A stretch of 42,844 bases of DNA from IMG/VR virus record IMGVR_UViG_3300028047_000001. The stretch is one strand, 5' to 3'. A program made the position numbers and the translations under genes. This DNA comes from a virus. Positions 30,611 to 39,883 of this stretch are shown here, piece by piece; the first letter of the stretch is position 1; each line of letters opens with the position of its first letter. Under the pieces are notes generated by a model. The model saw nothing but the letters and a program-made list of their open reading frames with translations. It was not told the origin of the DNA and made no database searches.

Positions 30611-32158
30611 TCAATTCGGTGCAATAGCGGCAACGAATAGATCGGCCAGCAGCTGCCCAAGCGCTACGCTACCTGGCCTTGTCGGATGCACCCCATCTGC
30701 CGACACGAACAGGTCACAGTTGCCGAAGCCCTGGAGGGCACCTATCTTGCCGCGGCCAGTCAAATAACTGCTCCCCACCTGCCTGTACGGTGTCCACTTG
30801 GCATGAGCGTACTGCATCGCACCATCAAATGTCACGGAGTAGTACTCCGATCCGCTGTCCACGGCGCTCGCCGCCCATGATTTGATTTGTATCCTCTCGC
30901 GCACCGCGCCGGTATCGACTTCGATGGTGCCGCCAACTTGCGGCATGTCGGAGCCGCCAATGCCTGGCGTCATTGGGAACACGAACACGGTCGTGTCGCT
31001 AGGATTACTCGCGCCAGCCCAGTTGGATCCAGGGACTTGAAGCATGGTGGCTGCTGGCTGAATTTGGCCAGCGGGGATCGAATATGGCAGCTCCATCAGA
31101 TCCAGCCAGAGACCGCCTGCATTCAGGCAGGCCTTTTTCAATGCATCGTGGATATCGAGATTATTGGCCGTCCAAGTATTGCAACCTTGTTTCGTCGTAT
31201 ATGCGACTGCGAGCATGGCCCCGCTGGCGATGATCTGATTGTAGAGAAGAGTCGCCTCAACGCCCATTGCGCCAGGGTTCTGCCCAACATCATTGACGCT
31301 ACCCAGGACAATCACTAGCTCAGGATTGTATGCAAGCACGTCATGCTTGATGACATTGCGAAACGTCGGCACGGTCAGGCCGTTGTTAGAGAGGTATCCA
31401 CGCCCGCCCTGACCGCCGGTGGTCCAGACATCATCCCAGCGCATTGCCTCGCTAAACGCGACGGTGCAGTCGACGCCGGTTACGTCTACCGTTGAATTGA
31501 GAAAACTGTCACCAACGAACATCACCCGGGGACCGCGAATCGGAGCGGCATACACCGTGTCCGTCTGCCCGTGATTAAGCCCCATCAGTGTGAGATTCAG
31601 CCCGATGACGTCTATCCGTCTGCGTTTAGTACCGCCGACCGCTGTAAAATCATACTTGAAGAAGGTTGGGACGCCGTTAGAGCCCTGATTAGTTGGCGTC
31701 ATGCTGACATACTGATCGTCGACCTTGACCACGAAATAATTCAACGCCTGGCCCTGAATGATCAGTTCGAAGATCGGGCCCTCATGAATGAATGAATAGC
31801 CCATGCTCCACATGCCGAAGGTCTGGACCGGATAGGTATTGGTTACATTATTCGTCGCCATGCCTGGACAGCGAGAAATCGAGTACCAGTCAAGAGGATA
31901 TGACCCCATTGCGATACCGCCAATGGTCGTATTGGTGTATCGAGAAAACGGGGTTGTCATAGATGTGGCGGTACCGGTGGTGACCGTCGGCGGGGAAGCC
32001 ATGACTTGCTGCACCGTCTGCGGGCGCAGCGGAAATTGCACTCTGGAATTTCTAAGCGATAATTTGTTGTTAGTACCGAAGCGGCCGTATAGATCGGCAA
32101 TGTCGGCCCTGATCGCGTTGAACGCGTTTGAATTCTCTGGAATTGGGATCAGGGCCAT
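30611..32158 (-). CDS. Tailspike with SGNH esterase domain
   Basis: 515 aa. SGNH blocks are VMFVGDSF (I), GGRGY (II), LGSVNDVG (III) and ADGVHPT (V), with about 190 aa inserted between III and V. The N-terminus (MALIPIPENSNAFNAIRADIADLYGR) matches the other spike (MAELPITEHSYSFDAIQTNLADLYGK). Confidence 0.65.
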   Translation of the reverse strand: MALIPIPENSNAFNAIRADIADLYGRFGTNNKLSLRNSRVQFPLRPQTVQQVMASPPTVTTGTATSMTTPFSRYTNTTIGGIAMGSYPLDWYSISRCPGMATNNVTNTYPVQTFGMWSMGYSFIHEGPIFELIIQGQALNYFVVKVDDQYVSMTPTNQGSNGVPTFFKYDFTAVGGTKRRRIDVIGLNLTLMGLNHGQTDTVYAAPIRGPRVMFVGDSFLNSTVDVTGVDCTVAFSEAMRWDDVWTTGGQGGRGYLSNNGLTVPTFRNVIKHDVLAYNPELVIVLGSVNDVGQNPGAMGVEATLLYNQIIASGAMLAVAYTTKQGCNTWTANNLDIHDALKKACLNAGGLWLDLMELPYSIPAGQIQPAATMLQVPGSNWAGASNPSDTTVFVFPMTPGIGGSDMPQVGGTIEVDTGAVRERIQIKSWAASAVDSGSEYYSVTFDGAMQYAHAKWTPYRQVGSSYLTGRGKIGALQGFGNCDLFVSADGVHPTRPGSVALGQLLADLFVAAIAPN

Positions 32159-32418
32159 TACTCACTCCTCATTGCCTCACGCAATCGCCCGGCCGCCTCC
32201 CAGCGCAAGAGTTTTTTCTCTAGCGGATCACAGCCTTTGCCGACGCAATATTTGCAAATCAGTTTATCGCAGCATGTGCATCGGCCGCCCATCTCTGCCG
32301 GATCACAGAGAGGCTTGACGAACACCACCTTGCAGCAGTGCCCGCAAGTAAACGTATCCTCTTCGAGGTCCGCTTTGTCCGGCTCGACGATAATGGAATA
32401 GCCGCCCGGCTTCCGCAT
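32158..32418 (-). CDS. Cys-rich (zinc-ribbon-like) small protein
   Basis: 86 aa with CGHCC...C...CTCC...C..C...C (10 Cys). Confidence 0.5.
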   Translation of the reverse strand: MRKPGGYSIIVEPDKADLEEDTFTCGHCCKVVFVKPLCDPAEMGGRCTCCDKLICKYCVGKGCDPLEKKLLRWEAAGRLREAMRSE

Positions 32419-32421
32419 CGC

Positions 32422-32910
32422 TTAAAAGTCGTCGTATTTCACATCGACGAGCACGTTCGACGTGTAGGTTGGCGAGAGCGCCCGGATCACAATGCCGTTA
32501 ACGTTGGTAGCTGGCCACACCAATTCCGAACCTGGATTGGCAAACCACTGCTGCGCCGCACGCTGGTTCAACGTCCGGGACCAGATCGAGCCTACGAACG
32601 CCGTGCCCCCGGTAACTGTTGGCTCCACGGTATAATTGACGGTGCCAAGCGATCGGGATGCGACGTCTGCGGGATTCTCCAAGTTTGGAGTTGCCGAGGT
32701 GCCGGTGCCGACTGTTGTTTGCCTCGCGGCGTCATAGACGATTTGGCAGTCAGTCGCGTTTGGCGCGCCATCGGCGCCATAGGCTAATTCGACGATCTGT
32801 CCGCGGCAAAGTGTCGCAGTCACGGCGGTTAAAGACACCTGCGACTTAAGGGTTGCCGCAAGGGCTTGCTGCGAGCCCGCCATACGGTTGTTGATTGAAT
32901 ACCTGGCCAT
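32422..32910 (-). CDS. Hypothetical head/neck-module protein
   Basis: 162-aa beta-rich ORF in the structural operon. Confidence 0.5.
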   Translation of the reverse strand: MARYSINNRMAGSQQALAATLKSQVSLTAVTATLCRGQIVELAYGADGAPNATDCQIVYDAARQTTVGTGTSATPNLENPADVASRSLGTVNYTVEPTVTGGTAFVGSIWSRTLNQRAAQQWFANPGSELVWPATNVNGIVIRALSPTYTSNVLVDVKYDDF

Positions 32911-33191
32911 TAGATTTTATCCTTCGATAGTGGCGGCCTTCCTGGCCCGCGGGAGAACGTGTCCGGAAAGGTTCTTGGCTCGGCAGCCTGCGGCTTGCTC
33001 TCGGCATGCTCGACCTTGACCGGATGAACTGCTGAAACGCCCGCAGACTCCGTGATCGCCTCCGCAGTGCGCATATGGTCTAGTTCGATTATCTTGTAGT
33101 CAAGGCTCCAGCCGGGGGGCAATACGGCCCCCTCGGCCAGATCGAACAGGCACGCCTCGCCGTTCTTTTTATAGCCCCATACATTCGTCAT
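32910..33191 (-). CDS. Hypothetical protein
   Basis: 93-aa ORF coupled on both sides. Confidence 0.45.
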   Translation of the reverse strand: MTNVWGYKKNGEACLFDLAEGAVLPPGWSLDYKIIELDHMRTAEAITESAGVSAVHPVKVEHAESKPQAAEPRTFPDTFSRGPGRPPLSKDKI

Positions 33192-33757
33192 TGGTTGTAT
33201 CCGGAGATCGCGAAGTAAAGCAGGACGATGTCGGTCGCGGTAGTGGCAGCGTTGCCGGTGATCGCGATCGGAATGTCCTTGGTTTCATCCGCGGTAAGGA
33301 ACTGCGGCACTGTCACCGCTAGATCGGTTAGCGTCCCAGCGATACCAAACCAACTGTTCAGCATGAACCCAACCTGGTTGTTAGCGCCGGTAACGTCGAC
33401 CACGACAGCTTCGAGGAACCATGGCTGATTGCTCGCCGTGGCGCCTGGCGTGGCTACTAGCGTTGTGCCGCCGGTGATCGTTGTGCCAACGACCGAGGTT
33501 GTAGGATTGTAGATAATCTTGACGGTTTTAACGTTCGCATTGGTCGCGAATGTCCCGAACGCGGTGATTTTCACCCCGCGATTGGAAATGCCATCAAAGA
33601 TGCCGCCGGGGACGATACTGGACGCCAACACATTGTCGGCACCGGTCGCACCAGGGCTGACACCGCCGGAGCCCAGCGAGATACGACCAGCCCCGCCGGT
33701 AAGATAATTGAATTGCTGGAAGGCCAAGCCTCCAGAGGAAGCAGCTGCTACGGGCAT
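33188..33757 (-). CDS. Hypothetical virion protein directly after the coat gene (decoration candidate)
   Basis: 189-aa Gly/Thr/Ala-rich beta-type ORF. The call rests on position only. Confidence 0.4.
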   Translation of the reverse strand: MPVAAASSGGLAFQQFNYLTGGAGRISLGSGGVSPGATGADNVLASSIVPGGIFDGISNRGVKITAFGTFATNANVKTVKIIYNPTTSVVGTTITGGTTLVATPGATASNQPWFLEAVVVDVTGANNQVGFMLNSWFGIAGTLTDLAVTVPQFLTADETKDIPIAITGNAATTATDIVLLYFAISGYNQ

Positions 33758-33769
33758 TTCTAACTCCTA

Positions 33770-35002
33770 TCAGGTTCCGGAAAGCCGCACGGCCAGCCGC
33801 TCATCGATCACCTTGACGCCATAGAGAACATCCAGACGCCAGGCATTGTTATCGTTTGTGCCGTCATAAACGGGGATCACCCGCACGCTAATGCCCTTAT
33901 GGGACATCCGCGAGCATTTAACCGCGCCCTCCGGCCGCACCATCGGCACCATAACCAGGGCGAAGGCATTGCGGTGGAAGATCATGTTCTGACGGAAGTT
34001 AGTGGAGGCCGCACCGAGCCAGGTTAGAACTGCAGCAGCGGCAGGAGCCGCCGAGATGTTCTGATACGGACCAGTAAGGATCATAGCAGGCCGGATTGTC
34101 ACGGTGGCATTGCCGCCGCCATCCGCGGTAGCCGCAGTTACAACCGTGAATTGCTTCAGGTATGTCTGGGCGACCTTGTTGACCTGGTTAACGTCGAACA
34201 CGCCGGCTAGGGTAAAGACTTCACCGGCAGAGATCGTGCCGCCAGCGCCAAGGCCGGTAATGGCCAGCGTCTGGGTGCCAGTATCCTTAGAGGCCGCGTA
34301 AGTTGTCGGCACGCCGGAGTTATTAGTGCCGTTGGTCCGGGTGCCGGTTGTTAAAGTCGCGACGTTCTGAACGCCATAGGCCTCCACGCCGTCGATGGTG
34401 CCTAGAATGCCCCGCCGATAAGCTTCGCCGACTGCTTTTTCATTGAAGATGGAGGCCGGCCCCGCGATTGCTGCCAGCATGCCGCGTTTATCTCGTGGCG
34501 AGAGTACCGCCGTTCTATCTTCGAGGGGCACAGAGCCATTGTTGAGTCTCTCGGTCCCAGCCGCGAAGGAGTCGAAATTGGACAGCGTATTGCCCGGGGT
34601 CCCGACCCAATTGTTGACATTCGGAAACAGACCGAACAAATCCACATCGACTTTATCCGCCAATCTGACCATTGCAGGCTCGATAACCCGCTCCGCCAAA
34701 TCGCCGATCTTAAGAGTGAGATCGGTCGAGGTAAAGCTGAAGTCGATACCAATCTGCTGATTGATCGTAACCGAGGTCGAGCCTTCGGTGGTGTCCTGGG
34801 CGGCCATAACCGGGCCCGAGCGGAGCACGTACTGCGCCGGCTTGCGGATAGTCACGGTATCGCCGATTTTGTAGCCGTTGATGTTTTTGTCGAATTCCTG
34901 CTCGTAGCCGCGATAGACCTTATCGGCAATGACGAGATTGTTTTCGAGGATCATCAACGCTTCGCGGGCAATGATGGCCGCGGTAAGCATTGTATTGGCC
35001 AT
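33770..35002 (-). CDS. Major capsid protein, P22 coat-like family
   Basis: 410 aa. The N-terminus (IAREALMILENNLVIADKVYRGYEQEF...GDTVTIRKP) is typical of the P22-coat-type family. Positioned after the scaffold gene. Confidence 0.75.
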   Translation of the reverse strand: MANTMLTAAIIAREALMILENNLVIADKVYRGYEQEFDKNINGYKIGDTVTIRKPAQYVLRSGPVMAAQDTTEGSTSVTINQQIGIDFSFTSTDLTLKIGDLAERVIEPAMVRLADKVDVDLFGLFPNVNNWVGTPGNTLSNFDSFAAGTERLNNGSVPLEDRTAVLSPRDKRGMLAAIAGPASIFNEKAVGEAYRRGILGTIDGVEAYGVQNVATLTTGTRTNGTNNSGVPTTYAASKDTGTQTLAITGLGAGGTISAGEVFTLAGVFDVNQVNKVAQTYLKQFTVVTAATADGGGNATVTIRPAMILTGPYQNISAAPAAAAVLTWLGAASTNFRQNMIFHRNAFALVMVPMVRPEGAVKCSRMSHKGISVRVIPVYDGTNDNNAWRLDVLYGVKVIDERLAVRLSGT

Positions 35003-35020
35003 AGCCTTAATCCCTCAGGA

Positions 35021-35908
35021 TTAAAGGCTCTTTCCTCCGCCGGCCTTGCGCCAGGATTTATACTCCTCCATCGACATCTTTTCAGGGTCTTTGGAGGATG
35101 GCGCGGTGCCGCCTCTAATGGCTTCGACGGGAGCAGGAGCCTTGGTCACAGTTTTGGGTGTGGCCGAGGACACCGAGGCCTCAAGTTTACCGATTTCCCG
35201 TGCTGCCCCAAAAGGGGACATTTCATTAAGCCGCTGAACTGCCTTAGGATTCTTACTCAGATAATAAGCGAGCTCTGGGCCTTTTTCGCTTGATAGAATC
35301 AGGTGGATAATCGCCGGATGCGTTGGCGACATCGTCGCCGCTTTCGTGACTTCGTCGAAATCCTTGAGAGTTTGCCGCGCTACATCCGCACGCTCCTTGA
35401 AGACCTCGATTATTTCGTCCTGTTCCGCGGTCTGAGATTCCTGGGCCTGCGCGGCCTTTTGTTTCAGCTCGCGGGTGACGATCCGTCTCTCGGTTTCATA
35501 TGCAATTGTGGCATTTTGATACGCGAGATAGTCGTTGAAATCCGCTTCCTTTGGTGCCGGTCCTATTTCCGTCTCGACAAGACCTGCCAGCGCCGCGTTA
35601 TCGTCCTGTTTCGGGGCGATGCGCTTGAGTGCCTCCAGTTCGGCTTGTGCGGCCGCTAACCGGGCCTTCAACCGTGCTGTGCCACTCCGCTTTTTGGGTG
35701 CTGGCTCGCTATCTTCGTCAGAATCCCCGGCCGGTTCCTCGACTTTCTCGGGATCTTCGGCTTTGGGCTCTGTATCTTCGGGGGCGACCTCTTCCGTGTC
35801 CCCGGCGGCCGGCGTAACTTCGCCAGCATCTCCGTCTAGATCGGTAATCAGGTCTTTTGGTCCGGGAGCTGGCTTTTCAACCTGCTCACCCTTGTCCGTT
35901 TCAGCCAT
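35021..35908 (-). CDS. Scaffolding protein
   Basis: 295 aa with an acidic N-terminus and long helical Ala/Glu/Lys-rich sequence. Lies between the portal and coat genes. Confidence 0.6.
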   Translation of the reverse strand: MAETDKGEQVEKPAPGPKDLITDLDGDAGEVTPAAGDTEEVAPEDTEPKAEDPEKVEEPAGDSDEDSEPAPKKRSGTARLKARLAAAQAELEALKRIAPKQDDNAALAGLVETEIGPAPKEADFNDYLAYQNATIAYETERRIVTRELKQKAAQAQESQTAEQDEIIEVFKERADVARQTLKDFDEVTKAATMSPTHPAIIHLILSSEKGPELAYYLSKNPKAVQRLNEMSPFGAAREIGKLEASVSSATPKTVTKAPAPVEAIRGGTAPSSKDPEKMSMEEYKSWRKAGGGKSL

Positions 35909-35938
35909 AATATGCCTTATTTTCTCATGTGCAAGTGC

Positions 35939-36145
35939 TTATTTAGGGGCCCTGTCCAAAGGCACTATCCTGATCATTAAGTCTCCGGCTATTTCATCCC
36001 CCGCCACATACAGGCCGTTATCGACTTCGTCAGTAAGTGGACTTGCCGCATCGTGCTGCCCAATCCACCAGCCGTCCGGACGCTCCCAGTAGCCGGCATG
36101 AATCAAATATGCCCGCTGGCGCTCGCGCGCCTCGACTAGCGTCAT
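35939..36145 (-). CDS. Hypothetical small protein
   Basis: 68-aa ORF whose ATG is coupled to the preceding micro-ORF (ATGA). Confidence 0.45.
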   Translation of the reverse strand: MTLVEARERQRAYLIHAGYWERPDGWWIGQHDAASPLTDEVDNGLYVAGDEIAGDLMIRIVPLDRAPK

Positions 36146-36368
36146 TCAGGCCACCATATCCAAATCGCAAACAAGGCAAACATCAGCATTGGCAGGACAT
36201 AATCCATTACATGGACCGCCGGCTAGCGAAACCGGTCCTCCGCATTGCGGCGTGCACGCTCACACTACGGTCCATTCACTTTACCCCCATAATCAGAATC
36301 GCCATGACTAGAATTAGCCCTTCAATGATAGCAACTGGGATCGCGATGAAATAGCAAAAGTGTTTCAT
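36142..36368 (-). other. Chain of three translationally coupled micro-ORFs (30, 22 and 21 aa)
   Basis: 36276-36368 encodes MKHFCYFIAIPVAIIEGLILVMAILIMGVK, with its ATG overlapping the portal stop. 36207-36275 encodes MDRSVSVHAAMRRTGFASRRSM. 36142-36207 encodes MDYVLPMLMFALFAIWIWWPE, with TAATG and ATGA junctions. Confidence 0.35.
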
Positions 36369-38677
36369 TCTCCCTGCCCTGGCAATGGCGCGTAATGGCC
36401 CTCAGGAAGCGCGGGGGGCGGCTCGGACTGCGGCTGGTTAGATTCACCAGGATTGCCCGTCGCAGCTGGTCCTTGTCCTCCTGAGGGGGTTGACGGCGGG
36501 GAAGAAGCTGAACTTGAAAGATCGCCTTCCCCGCCGTCATTGCCAGAACCTGCGGGGGTCGAGGCCGCAAGTCCGGCAGTTCCGCCATGCAAATGCTTGT
36601 CGATGTCGGTCAATGCCATATCCACATTACCGATCCAAGCGTGAAGCTTGGCGCTATCGATCGGGGGCCCGGCGGCCGTCATAGCCGCCTGCACTTCAAC
36701 CGTAGCCTTGACGTTCTGTAATCTTTGATATTCCAGCTTGAGCTTTTCCAACTCGACCTCGTATACGGCTTTTGCGGCATGCCCTTGCGCTTGTGCCTGG
36801 TGGCCTTGCGCAGTAGCCATTTCGCCCTGTGCCTTGGCCATTTCCGTCTTCATTTGCATCTCATGCAGAGGATTTGGCGGCGGAGGCTGCGGCGGAGGAT
36901 GATTGTGCCGCTTCGCTAGGATCTGCTGGACCTGCGGCGGCGCCAGAGTGGTAAGTAACTCCGTAATGAGATCCGAATTGGGCCAATCCTGCAAATCGGC
37001 CATGACAGGAGCAAGTACGGGCGCAGAAGGAGGAAATGCCGTAACAAACGACGTAATGCCCTCTCTGGCCTCTTCCCGCTTTGTCGCATAGCTCGGCCCA
37101 ATCTCCATCTGCACATCATAGGCGCCAGTGGTCATGTCGTTCAGCATGTCGATTGCAACGCCTTCGATCGCCACCCCCTGGGGCTGATTGATCGGCACAC
37201 GCTTCTCAGTGCCATCTACTCCGATGACGCGAACCGTGCGCGATGTATCGTAATAGTGCGGTAGGAGATCATTAAGTATCCGCGCCGTATGCATGATCGA
37301 TAGGGCGAAATTGTCCATGTAAACGAACGTGCCCGTATCGCCCTGCTTCTCCCGCTTTTGGATTGCAGTGCCGCTAATCTCATTGCTCTTCGCGCCAAGG
37401 CTCGCGTTGTAGATCCCGATAACCGCCTGCATGTCCTGCTCGGCCATAACAACACATTCCGTAAGTCCCGAACCAGAGGCTGGCGGATTTTGTCTTTGCG
37501 GCGGTGCATTCCCATTTCTTGGATCCGGCTTGTATCTCAAAAACGGCCAGTTCTTGACATTGGCCGTGTTCCATTCATTCTCGTAATCCTTAAAGTTGTC
37601 CTCCGTACCGATAAAGGGTGCCTTTGGCTGCAAGCCAACAAACTCCGTTTGTGTGGAGCGGGCATAATTGTAAGCACGCTGTGGGTCCGCCGCGAACCTG
37701 ACAATGCCATGCCTGACGACCTTTGCTCCAACACGGACCTCTTCGCCAATTACCGGCACAACGGGAATAAACCGTCCCGGCCAATCCTCCGGTTCGCTTA
37801 TGAATTCCACCGCATTCATCATTCGCCATTTTATCTTATGCCCTGCTTTCTCAACTACCTTGCCGCCCTCGGCCTTCATGCGGGCAATGTCATCACGATC
37901 AGCGTCGGTCAGATCCTCGTAGCCGCCGTTCGGCATTTTCATTAGCTTGCGCTTGGTTTTCACCTTGTACCAATAGCGCGCGACCCGAATTAACTCATCG
38001 CGAAACCATTCCATGTTGAGGGAGTTGGTGCCGAGATCGCCAGTGGGATAGCCGGGAAATGTCTCGAGATACGCCTCCCGCGTCATATCTACGGGCGTAA
38101 AGCACCACATTGCGTCTCTACGCGTCGGATGTTTTGCATCTGGGTCCCACATAACCGAAATTTGATCGTCAATGAGCCGTACCCCGAGTTCCTGCTCAAA
38201 TGTGCTGTCATCGGCATATTCGCTAAACACTTCCCAGTGCCCGATACCAGCTGCAACCTGCGAGTCCGCCGCGGCGGTATATATTCGCGATGCATCTGAC
38301 CGATTCTCAATGTATCTGATGAGCCCACTCTTTATCTCCGCGATTTTCTCGTCGGCGCCGTCGTCGCAGGGAACCACTTTAATAGAGGGCCGCATTTGTC
38401 GCATGTCGCCCGTAACTTGTCGTTGGAACTGTCCCATCCGATTGAACATGAGGACAGGTCTTGAATCAGCCTCGCGCTGCAATCTGAGATCCTCTGGCCA
38501 TTGCTCTCCAGCCAGGAATGCAAGGTCTTCGTAGCCTCGATCGATGTTATCACGCTCTTTCACCCATGCCCTGTTCCATTGCTTCATGGCCACCGCATGC
38601 TCGACCTCCTCGGCCGCTGCATGCGGATTCTCGTCCGTCTCTTTCTCTGGCGCCTCAGCGGCGTCTACATCAGCCAT
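36365..38677 (-). CDS. Portal protein, P22-like with long C-terminal helical barrel region
   Basis: 770 aa. GEQWPEDLRLQREADSRPVLMFNRMGQFQRQVTGDMRQMRPSIKVVP...GIGHWEVFSEYADDSTFEQEL is portal-like. The C-terminal ~170 aa are helical and low-complexity, as in P22 gp1. Confidence 0.8.
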   Translation of the reverse strand: MADVDAAEAPEKETDENPHAAAEEVEHAVAMKQWNRAWVKERDNIDRGYEDLAFLAGEQWPEDLRLQREADSRPVLMFNRMGQFQRQVTGDMRQMRPSIKVVPCDDGADEKIAEIKSGLIRYIENRSDASRIYTAAADSQVAAGIGHWEVFSEYADDSTFEQELGVRLIDDQISVMWDPDAKHPTRRDAMWCFTPVDMTREAYLETFPGYPTGDLGTNSLNMEWFRDELIRVARYWYKVKTKRKLMKMPNGGYEDLTDADRDDIARMKAEGGKVVEKAGHKIKWRMMNAVEFISEPEDWPGRFIPVVPVIGEEVRVGAKVVRHGIVRFAADPQRAYNYARSTQTEFVGLQPKAPFIGTEDNFKDYENEWNTANVKNWPFLRYKPDPRNGNAPPQRQNPPASGSGLTECVVMAEQDMQAVIGIYNASLGAKSNEISGTAIQKREKQGDTGTFVYMDNFALSIMHTARILNDLLPHYYDTSRTVRVIGVDGTEKRVPINQPQGVAIEGVAIDMLNDMTTGAYDVQMEIGPSYATKREEAREGITSFVTAFPPSAPVLAPVMADLQDWPNSDLITELLTTLAPPQVQQILAKRHNHPPPQPPPPNPLHEMQMKTEMAKAQGEMATAQGHQAQAQGHAAKAVYEVELEKLKLEYQRLQNVKATVEVQAAMTAAGPPIDSAKLHAWIGNVDMALTDIDKHLHGGTAGLAASTPAGSGNDGGEGDLSSSASSPPSTPSGGQGPAATGNPGESNQPQSEPPPALPEGHYAPLPGQGE

Positions 38678-39511
38678 TTATGGGCCATTCAGGTTTGCGT
38701 CGGCGACCCCGATAGATTTTCCGGAAACTGCAAACGGAGATTGTTGGATCGTAAATAGCGCCTCATCGCGTTCTTTATACCATTGACCCTGCACATAGGA
38801 ATTTAAATCGATCGGAGAATTAAACGGCGGCTGCGGGCCGACAACAGTTTGCTGCTCGAAGCCATTATAGAAAAAGACATGCGAGGATCCGCCCTGGACT
38901 GCATCGAAGTATGCGACTGGCGTCCCCCCCAGCAAACCGCCGCTACGCGCGGCGCCCACATAATAGGTCATGGTCCTCCCGCTAAATGGCAGATAGTTTG
39001 GATAATCGAGGGTTAGCGCGGAAAGATCTATCTCCTGCCGCAAATTCTCGCCCTCAATAAGGAAACTCACGTAATGCCTCGTGCCGAAGTTTGCGCGAGT
39101 GCGGAGCAAATACCATGTGTCTGGCTGAAGCCGCTGGCCAAGAGAAAAAATTGCAAAAGTGCGGAAAGTGCTTGGTGTCCCTGCCATAGTGCCGGCGGTG
39201 CCCTGCGCTACAAGTACCGCACCGTTACGCAACACGCCTACATAGGCCATCCAATCCCCGCCAGGATAAAAGAGAGGATTACTCACTCCATCCATAAATT
39301 CTTCGTCGATAAACATCAATACGTCGTCCGGCATGTCCTTGCCAAATCTCAGAAAGGCATGAACATACCCGGATACAGGAGCCGCAAGAAACTGCTCTAT
39401 ATCCGGACCTTTATTCACCAGCGCAACAGCGGCAGTAAATCTTGAATCGCGCGCCTCTACAATGCCGGCCCCGGCAATAATCGCGATGATAAATGCCAGG
39501 ATCGCCTTCAT
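38678..39511 (-). CDS. Exported beta-sandwich-like protein (accessory)
   Basis: 277 aa with a signal peptide (MKAILAFIIAIIAGAGIVEA|RD). Inserted between the terminase and portal genes, abutting both neighbours. Confidence 0.55.
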   Translation of the reverse strand: MKAILAFIIAIIAGAGIVEARDSRFTAAVALVNKGPDIEQFLAAPVSGYVHAFLRFGKDMPDDVLMFIDEEFMDGVSNPLFYPGGDWMAYVGVLRNGAVLVAQGTAGTMAGTPSTFRTFAIFSLGQRLQPDTWYLLRTRANFGTRHYVSFLIEGENLRQEIDLSALTLDYPNYLPFSGRTMTYYVGAARSGGLLGGTPVAYFDAVQGGSSHVFFYNGFEQQTVVGPQPPFNSPIDLNSYVQGQWYKERDEALFTIQQSPFAVSGKSIGVADANLNGP

Positions 39512-39883
39512 TTAGCCATCTTCCCTCAACTTCATACCATGCCGCGCGAGCCATTCCTCGATGTCGCGTATTGTCTTCTTTCCGCAATGAGGAACTCGTG
39601 AGAGTTCCCGCCGGGACATGTCCGCTATTTTCCGCATGTCATTCATTGTGAGAATGAGTGACGCGGCCCATGAATCATTCCGCGTAATATTAGAGACCAC
39701 ATTGCACGCCCTAACGGGCGTCAATGCCTCAATCTCAGGCGATGTATCTACCTCGACATAATTCACCGGATCGCGCTCAATCTCTGCCTCAACATTGAAG
39801 TCAGCGGACATGGCCTGCGCGTTGTAAAACGTTAGCAGGCCATCTTGAAGGTCGCGGCTTCCCATTATTCGCCTACTGCGCAC
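39512..39883 (-). CDS. Protein with RNA polymerase alpha-subunit C-terminal-domain-like (HhH) module
   Basis: 123 aa (GTG at 39883 or ATG at 39865). VRACNVV...MRKIADMSRRELSRVPHCGKKTIRDIEEWLARHGMKL parallels E. coli RpoA CTD (VRSANCL...[37 protein letters not shown]). Confidence 0.6.
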   Translation of the reverse strand: MRSRRIMGSRDLQDGLLTFYNAQAMSADFNVEAEIERDPVNYVEVDTSPEIEALTPVRACNVVSNITRNDSWAASLILTMNDMRKIADMSRRELSRVPHCGKKTIRDIEEWLARHGMKLREDG

